Source: a bacterium (GTDB lineage: Bacteria > UBA8248). Taken from it: a stretch of DNA of 64,000 nt. Positions 58,814 to 64,000 of this stretch are shown here, in pieces (the stretch's first letter is position 1; each line of letters begins with the position of its first letter). The notes below the pieces were generated by a model, which saw only the letters and a list, made by a program, of their open reading frames with translations, was not told the origin of the DNA and made no database searches. The DNA lies in NCBI GenBank assembly GCA_965204535.1, contig CBDBEV010000001.1, positions 1,440,001 to 1,504,000 on the forward strand. The letters are read 5' to 3'. Made by a program: the position numbers and the translations under genes.

Positions 58814-59358
58814 ATATCAGTTAGTTATAGATTATTACTGAAATGCCGCGCGATGTCCGGCTCTCCCGGAAACACCCCCCGTTCAATCAGGCTCTTGCCC
58901 CATGCCAAGCGCGCCCGGGTGAATTTGACCCCCGCAAATCCGCGCATTTGCCGTCATCGAGTGGAGCGCGGACCGTGGCAGAATTCTCCTGCGCTTGGGT
59001 GCGGCGGCGGAATCCGGCCGTCAAAACCGGTTTTCGCACGCGCATCTGCCCGCATTTGCGCACATCGGGCCCCCGCTGTTGCCCGTATTTGCGCGCATTT
59101 CCCCTCGAAAATTTTCAGTAATTTATCGAAAGGCGCGTTCATAATTTAGCTCTATAGACAATGATACTACCTGATACTCTCAGATATGATAAAATGCTGT
59201 ATTCAATGCAGTAATCTTTGCATATCCTTTTTCGCTCCCACTTGCATTTACGTCATACTTACGCTATAACGGACTCACGTTTGATGCCGGACGTATGCGT
59301 TTTGATTACGGATCGCCCATACCTTCCGGCCTGCCACACGATTTTCCGGGGATCGCCC

Positions 59359-60540
59359 ATGCCCAGAAGAAGCGACACCAAGCTTACCAAACGCGTGATC
59401 GACGCGCTATCCGTCGAGAAGGACGACGCCGTCTTCTGGGACCGGGACCTGGCGGGTTTCGGGGTGCGGGTCTACGCTACGGGCCGGAAGGTCTACGTGG
59501 TGCAGTCACGGGGTCCGTGGGGACCGAAGCGCGTGGCGCTGGGCAAACACGGCGAGATGTCGTGCGATGAAGCGAGGAAGACGGCGGCCGGCGTCATCGA
59601 CAGCATCAAGCGGGGCGAGGATTTTAGCAATGCGGCGCGCGAGGCGGAACTCACTGTAGCGGGTCTTGCCGGGCGCTTCATGCGCGACCATGCCGAAACG
59701 CACTGCAAGCCCGACACCGCTGCGTCGTACCGCTCCCTGATCGAGAACCACGTCGAACCGGCGCTGGGTGGGATGGCGCTCGCCGAGGTCGGCCGGGCGG
59801 AGGTATCGGCGCTTCATCACGGCCTGCGCGAGACGCCAGTCGCGGCCAACGCGGTCCTGGGGCTGCTCTCGAAGATGTTCAAGATGGCCGAGGCGTGGGG
59901 CCTGGTTCCTCCCGGGAGCAACCCCTGCCGGGGGCTTCGCCGCTACCGGACGCGCAAGCGTGAGCGATTCCTGACGCAGGATGAGTTCCGCCGCCTGGGC
60001 CGGGCGCTGAGTGACTTGGAGACGGAGGGGAAGGCGTGGCCGGCCGCGACCGCGGCGATCAGGCTCCTGACCCTGACCGGTTGCCGGAGGGGCGAGATAC
60101 TGGACTTGCACTGGGACGACGTGGACCGCACGGCGGGGGATCTGAGGCTTCAGGACGCCAAGGCGGGTCCGCGCATGGTTCCGCTCACGGCGCCCGCCAA
60201 GAGGGTGCTGGATGGGATTCCCCGCTCGCCGGACGACCCCTGGGTGATCTCCAGAGGGAACGGGAACGGCCGCCCGTTGAACCTCTCCTACTACTGGGAG
60301 GCCGTGAGGGAGCGGGCGGGGTTTCATGATGTCCGCATTCATGACCTCCGGCATTCGTACGCCAGCCGGGCGCTGGCGCTCGGCGAGAGCCTCTCCGCGA
60401 TCGGCAGGCTGCTCGGCCACCGGCACGTGATGAGCACGGCGCGCTACGCGCACCTGATGCGAGACGCCGAGAAGGCGGCGGCCGCCCGGGTGGGCGAGAG
60501 CATCGGCGTCCACGTCACGAACGGGAGGGTGGAGCGATGA
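59359..60540 (+). CDS. Tyrosine integrase 1 with N-terminal arm-binding (DUF4102-like) domain
   Basis: WD..L.GFGVRV..TG.K; catalytic GCRRGE, K, HDLRH, LLGH, ARYAH. Confidence 0.93.
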   Translation: MPRRSDTKLTKRVIDALSVEKDDAVFWDRDLAGFGVRVYATGRKVYVVQSRGPWGPKRVALGKHGEMSCDEARKTAAGVIDSIKRGEDFSNAAREAELTVAGLAGRFMRDHAETHCKPDTAASYRSLIENHVEPALGGMALAEVGRAEVSALHHGLRETPVAANAVLGLLSKMFKMAEAWGLVPPGSNPCRGLRRYRTRKRERFLTQDEFRRLGRALSDLETEGKAWPAATAAIRLLTLTGCRRGEILDLHWDDVDRTAGDLRLQDAKAGPRMVPLTAPAKRVLDGIPRSPDDPWVISRGNGNGRPLNLSYYWEAVRERAGFHDVRIHDLRHSYASRALALGESLSAIGRLLGHRHVMSTARYAHLMRDAEKAAAARVGESIGVHVTNGRVER

Positions 60541-61811
60541 CGACGAAGCCAGCCATGAAAACGCTTTCCAACCGCGCGGTCGCGAAACTCGCTGTCGAGA
60601 AGGACACCGTGTTCTGGGACCGGGATCTGACCGGCTTCGGGGTACGGGTCTACCCCACCGGTTCAAAAGTCTATATCGCCCAGGCGCGGGGGCCTAAGGG
60701 ACCCAAACGGGTGGCGGTGGGCCGCCACGGGGTGATACACGCCGATCAGGCGCGCAAGCGCGCGGCGCTCGTCATCGCGCGCATCAAGGCGGGCGAGGAA
60801 CCTGTGCCCGAGCCAATGAAGCCGGCCTGCGGTCCCACGGTGGCAGAGCTCGCAAAACGCTATCTAACGGAATACGTCTCGGTGCGGTGCAAGCCGCGCA
60901 CCGTGAAGACGCTCCGCTCCGTGGTCGGCAGGAACATCGTGGCCGCGCTGGGGAAGATGCCGATATCCGCGGTCGAGCGCAAACACGTGGCGGAACTCCA
61001 CCAGAGACTGAGCGCCACGCCCGCGGCGGCGAACCATGCCGTGCGGGCGCTGTCCGCCATGTACCGCCTCGCAGGTGAATGGGGTCTCGTGCCCGAGGGA
61101 ACGAACCCCTGCCGCGCCATCACCGAATACCCGGTCGGCCGTCGGGAGCGCTTCCTCACCGAGGCGGAATTCGACCGACTAGGACGCGCACTCGACAAAG
61201 TCGAGACGGAGGGCGGCGCGTCCGCGTCAGCCGTGGCCGCCATCCGTCTCCTGATAGGGACCGGGTGCCGGAAGTCGGAGATCCTCACGCTGCGCTGGGA
61301 GGAGGTGGCGCTCGATCAAGCGGAACTACGGCTCTCAGACTCCAAGACGGGCGCACGGGTGGTCTCGCTCTCGGAACCCGCGGTGAAACTCCTCGCGGGT
61401 CTGCCGCGCACCCCCGGGGTTCCCTGGGTGATCCCCGGCAGGAAGCCGGGCACGCACCTGCGAAAGCTCGACGACGCCTGGCGGACCGTCCGCTCGCGGG
61501 CGGGCCTCGAAGACGTGCGCCTCCATGATCTCCGTCATTCGTTCGCCTCGAGGGCACTTGCGCTTGGCGAGGGGCTCACCGTGATAGGGAAGCTCCTCGG
61601 CCACGCCCGCATCGAGACCACCTCGCGCTACGCGCATCTCGCGCGCGATTCGGTGCGGGAGTCCGCCGAGCGGGTGGCGAAGAGCATCGCGGAGGACATA
61701 TTAGACGAAAGATATCCAGTCACGAGCGCGACGGACGAGAGACTGACTCCCGGACAAAAACCAGCCAGCCGCCGACGCTGTGACGGCTCATTGAGCAACG
61801 AAACACGATAA
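60537..61811 (+). CDS. Tyrosine integrase 2, paralog of integrase 1
   Basis: Same domains; GCRKSE, SKTG, HDLRH, LLGH, SRYAH; ATGA overlap with integrase 1. Confidence 0.93.
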   Translation: MTTKPAMKTLSNRAVAKLAVEKDTVFWDRDLTGFGVRVYPTGSKVYIAQARGPKGPKRVAVGRHGVIHADQARKRAALVIARIKAGEEPVPEPMKPACGPTVAELAKRYLTEYVSVRCKPRTVKTLRSVVGRNIVAALGKMPISAVERKHVAELHQRLSATPAAANHAVRALSAMYRLAGEWGLVPEGTNPCRAITEYPVGRRERFLTEAEFDRLGRALDKVETEGGASASAVAAIRLLIGTGCRKSEILTLRWEEVALDQAELRLSDSKTGARVVSLSEPAVKLLAGLPRTPGVPWVIPGRKPGTHLRKLDDAWRTVRSRAGLEDVRLHDLRHSFASRALALGEGLTVIGKLLGHARIETTSRYAHLARDSVRESAERVAKSIAEDILDERYPVTSATDERLTPGQKPASRRRCDGSLSNETR

Positions 61812-61924
61812 CAGAATGGTTGCTGCTGGGCGTGTTGGGCGCTACATGATGCCCATGAACCGTTCGACTGACCGATATCGAGACCGACTCCCGGAACGTA
61901 TGTTCGTGGTACCTGTCGCGTTCA

Positions 61925-62182
61925 GTGGCCAGTGAGGATGGGGGTATTAAGAAACCGGAGATATTCGGCTATATTACCGGTCAGGTGGTCGCGGAAAGCG
62001 CAGTCAAGGCCGTATTCGCGGCCATCGGCGACGCACTCGCAAGGGACGAAAACGTCATGATCGCCGAACTCGGCGCCTTCTCGATGAAAAACCGTTCTGC
62101 TCGCACGGGTCGTAATCCCCGTACTGGCGAGGTCCTGGCGTTCCCGTCACGAAAACAATTGCGCCCTCTGCTGATCGGGTGA
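61925..62182 (+). pseudogene. Degenerate HU/IHF family DNA-binding protein
   Basis: V.I..LGAF....R.ARTGRNPRTGE arm; shortened helix region and truncated C-terminus. Confidence 0.75.
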
Positions 62183-62263
62183 TAAAGCGCGTGATGATGA
62201 ATCGAATTGCGAACATGGCGAGTCGACTCCTGCTTCATTTTGTGATCTTGGAGGCTTTCGTTC

Positions 62264-63070
62264 ATGTATAGGGAAGAACCGCTCCTTGCTCATCCTCCAC
62301 CGGATGCCACCTTGTGGCGCTATATGGACTTTACCAAATTTGTTTCGATTCTCGAGAAAGACGCTTTGTTTTTTCCTCGGGCGGACAAACTAGGAGATCC
62401 GTACGAGGGATTTTTGCCGGAACGTGTTTTAGAAACCCTGCGGAAATCATTTGCAAATCAAGCCGATCCACGATCCAACATTTATTGGAACATCACTCAA
62501 GCTTTCAGGACTATATGTGCGTTTACGTTAATCTCTTGTTGGCACGAGAGCACCGACGAATCGGCAGCGATGTGGAGGTGTTATGCTGAGTCAAATAATG
62601 GAATTGCTATTAAGACAACCTTTGGATCACTGTGTCAAAGTCTGATTTGTGAACCGGATGTATTCATTGGTCGGGTCAGTTACATCGACTACGAATCACC
62701 GGCTCCTGTAGGAGTTCTCGACGAGGATGATCCATTATTTCATATGAAGAATGGGGACCATCCCCTGAGACTTCGAAGTCAATTCTTCAAAAAAAGAAAA
62801 GCTTTTTTCTATGAACAGGAAGTCAGGGCACTATGTTCACTTTCGTTAGATGGCTTGTTTGCTGGTGGCATGACGAAAGAAATCCCTGAGCCATCCTGTG
62901 GTATTGGGATGCCCCTTGAGATAAACCTTCATCATCTGGCCCATGAGTTTGTTGTCTCTCCCTTTGCGGTGGACTCCTTCTTTGAGCTGGTTTCTGCTTT
63001 GCTCCAACGATACCAAGTGGATATTCCTGTAAGGCATTCATCCATTAGAGGTAATCCTTTGTGGAGCTAA
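62264..63070 (+). CDS. DUF2971 domain protein
   Basis: LWRYM...KF...L....LFF...D.L.DPYEG, ISCWH, ESAAMW..Y, K...F.YE.EVR; AT-richer than flanks. Confidence 0.8.
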   Translation: MYREEPLLAHPPPDATLWRYMDFTKFVSILEKDALFFPRADKLGDPYEGFLPERVLETLRKSFANQADPRSNIYWNITQAFRTICAFTLISCWHESTDESAAMWRCYAESNNGIAIKTTFGSLCQSLICEPDVFIGRVSYIDYESPAPVGVLDEDDPLFHMKNGDHPLRLRSQFFKKRKAFFYEQEVRALCSLSLDGLFAGGMTKEIPEPSCGIGMPLEINLHHLAHEFVVSPFAVDSFFELVSALLQRYQVDIPVRHSSIRGNPLWS

Positions 63071-63164
63071 CCGTTTCAGTCTGTGTTCGAAATTTGTTCT
63101 GCGCAGGTGTTCGAAACCAATTAAATTGCGCCGGGGTGCCCTGAGGCGCCAACCTGTGAGAGGG

Positions 63165-63505
63165 GATCGAGGTTGGTTCCCCTCCCGCCGCAGGCGGTCG
63201 CACTTCTCGCTGGCCTTCCTCGTACGGCCGACGACCCGTGGTTCATACCCGGCAGGAAGCCGGGGGCGCACTTCCGGAAGCTGGACGACGCCTGGCAGGC
63301 CGTCCGCTCGCGCGCGGGGCTCGAAGGCGTGCGCCTCCATGATCTTCCGCCATACGTTCGTCTCGCGCGCCCTTGCGCTCGGCGAGGGACTCACCGTGAT
63401 TGGAAAATTGCTCGGCCACGCCCGGATCGAGACCACCTCGCGCGCGATTCGGTGCGGGAGTCTGCCGAGCGGGTCGCCGCGAGCATTGCCGAATATCTGC
63501 TGTAG
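63165..63505 (+). pseudogene. C-terminal fragment of a third integrase
   Basis: Similar to the integrase 2 3' part; frameshift in the HDLRH codons and a 16-bp deletion removing the catalytic Tyr. Confidence 0.85.
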
Positions 63506-63555
63506 GATGCCGGACGCAACTCCCGGGAAATCCGTTCAATGATGGATGCGATTTT

Positions 63556-64000
63556 CTATATGTCCATCAGGCGATCGAAACGCCTCCTCTCCATCGCCGG
63601 CTGCCGCCCTTCACCCGGATGCAGCGCTTCGGTCTGCTTCTCCGTTCCGATGCTCCCGGCCTTGCCTGTTCCTATCGCCTCAAGCGCCGCGATCCGCTCC
63701 CCCGTCGCGGCTTCGAGCCGCTCGCGCAGGACCCCCGCGTCGTCCGTCACGAGTTCCGCCCGGTCCCGGGCGCGGCTGATCTCGACGTAGAGCGTCTTCT
63801 GGTTGGTGAGCTCGGGGTGGTTCGCCTCCATGGCGGCGATGACGGTACCGACCGTCCGGCCCTGGAAGGCGTGGACGGTCGAGGCCCAGGCGCGGTCGAC
63901 GTGGCGAAGCTGGGGATCGGCGGTCGTCATGTCGAGGACGCGTCCGTCCTCGATGCGGAAGGTGACGCGCTCGCCCCTGACGTCCATTACCTCGGCGGCC
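63556..64000 (-). CDS. C-terminal helicase end of a TrwC/TraA-type conjugative relaxase (partial)
   Basis: DPQLRHVDRAWASTVHAFQGRTV...YVEISRAR...LVTDD (SF1 helicase motifs V and VI); open to the window end. Confidence 0.82.
   Translation of the reverse strand, partial: AAEVMDVRGERVTFRIEDGRVLDMTTADPQLRHVDRAWASTVHAFQGRTVGTVIAAMEANHPELTNQKTLYVEISRARDRAELVTDDAGVLRERLEAATGERIAALEAIGTGKAGSIGTEKQTEALHPGEGRQPAMERRRFDRLMDI

Larger units (their letters stand above)
58790..64000. mobile_element. Integrative, probably mobilizable element; left end near the panE 3' end, continues beyond the window
   Basis: Abrupt AT-rich junction, repeat-rich leader, tandem integrases, cargo genes and relaxase-helicase. 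Confidence 0.7.

Noticed and set aside
61805-63180. Integron attC sites (taac...gttgggc at ~61809-61841; gctaac at the DUF2971 stop)
   Set aside because: No paired L boxes or extended stem, and the integrases lack IntI features.
59359-63505. RIT (recombinase-in-trio) element
   Set aside because: The third integrase is a separated, broken fragment, and these are arm-domain paralogs rather than RitA/B/C.

Overview
Chromosomal window of a GC-rich bacterium. The gene content and repeat landscape resemble uncultured, sponge-associated lineages; this is inference, as no rRNA or tRNA marker is present. Housekeeping and metabolic blocks (glcDEF, moaB, coaD, aspartate aminotransferase, tyrS, panE, SDRs, MFS, MoxR-type AAA+ pair) alternate with three accessory segments. 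(1) ~13.5-23.8 kb: two TbpB-barrel-like surface proteins, a single-chain GAF-PAS-HK-REC-wHTH regulator and a ferric-reductase-like oxidoreductase. (2) ~28.3-44.6 kb: a DUF3500 protein, a subtilase autotransporter, an IS110 remnant, DUF1989 with an amino-acid ABC transporter, and an NtaA-family monooxygenase with an NMT1-type ABC transporter. (3) From ~58.8 kb: an integrative element with two tandem intact tyrosine integrases, a degenerate HU, DUF2971, a third broken integrase and the 3' end of a relaxase-helicase. Intergenic DNA holds nested repeats: GTAG-type REP hairpins, dRS3-like palindromes, C/G-rich palindromes, and MITEs with TGTTGAAAAAG ends. Three MITE copies show target duplications and carry different REP cargo. 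A separate non-coding motif family (GATAAATT 10-mers plus CGCATTTG repeats) recurs at three places, one of them next to the integrases. No CRISPR array, rRNA or tRNA was found.
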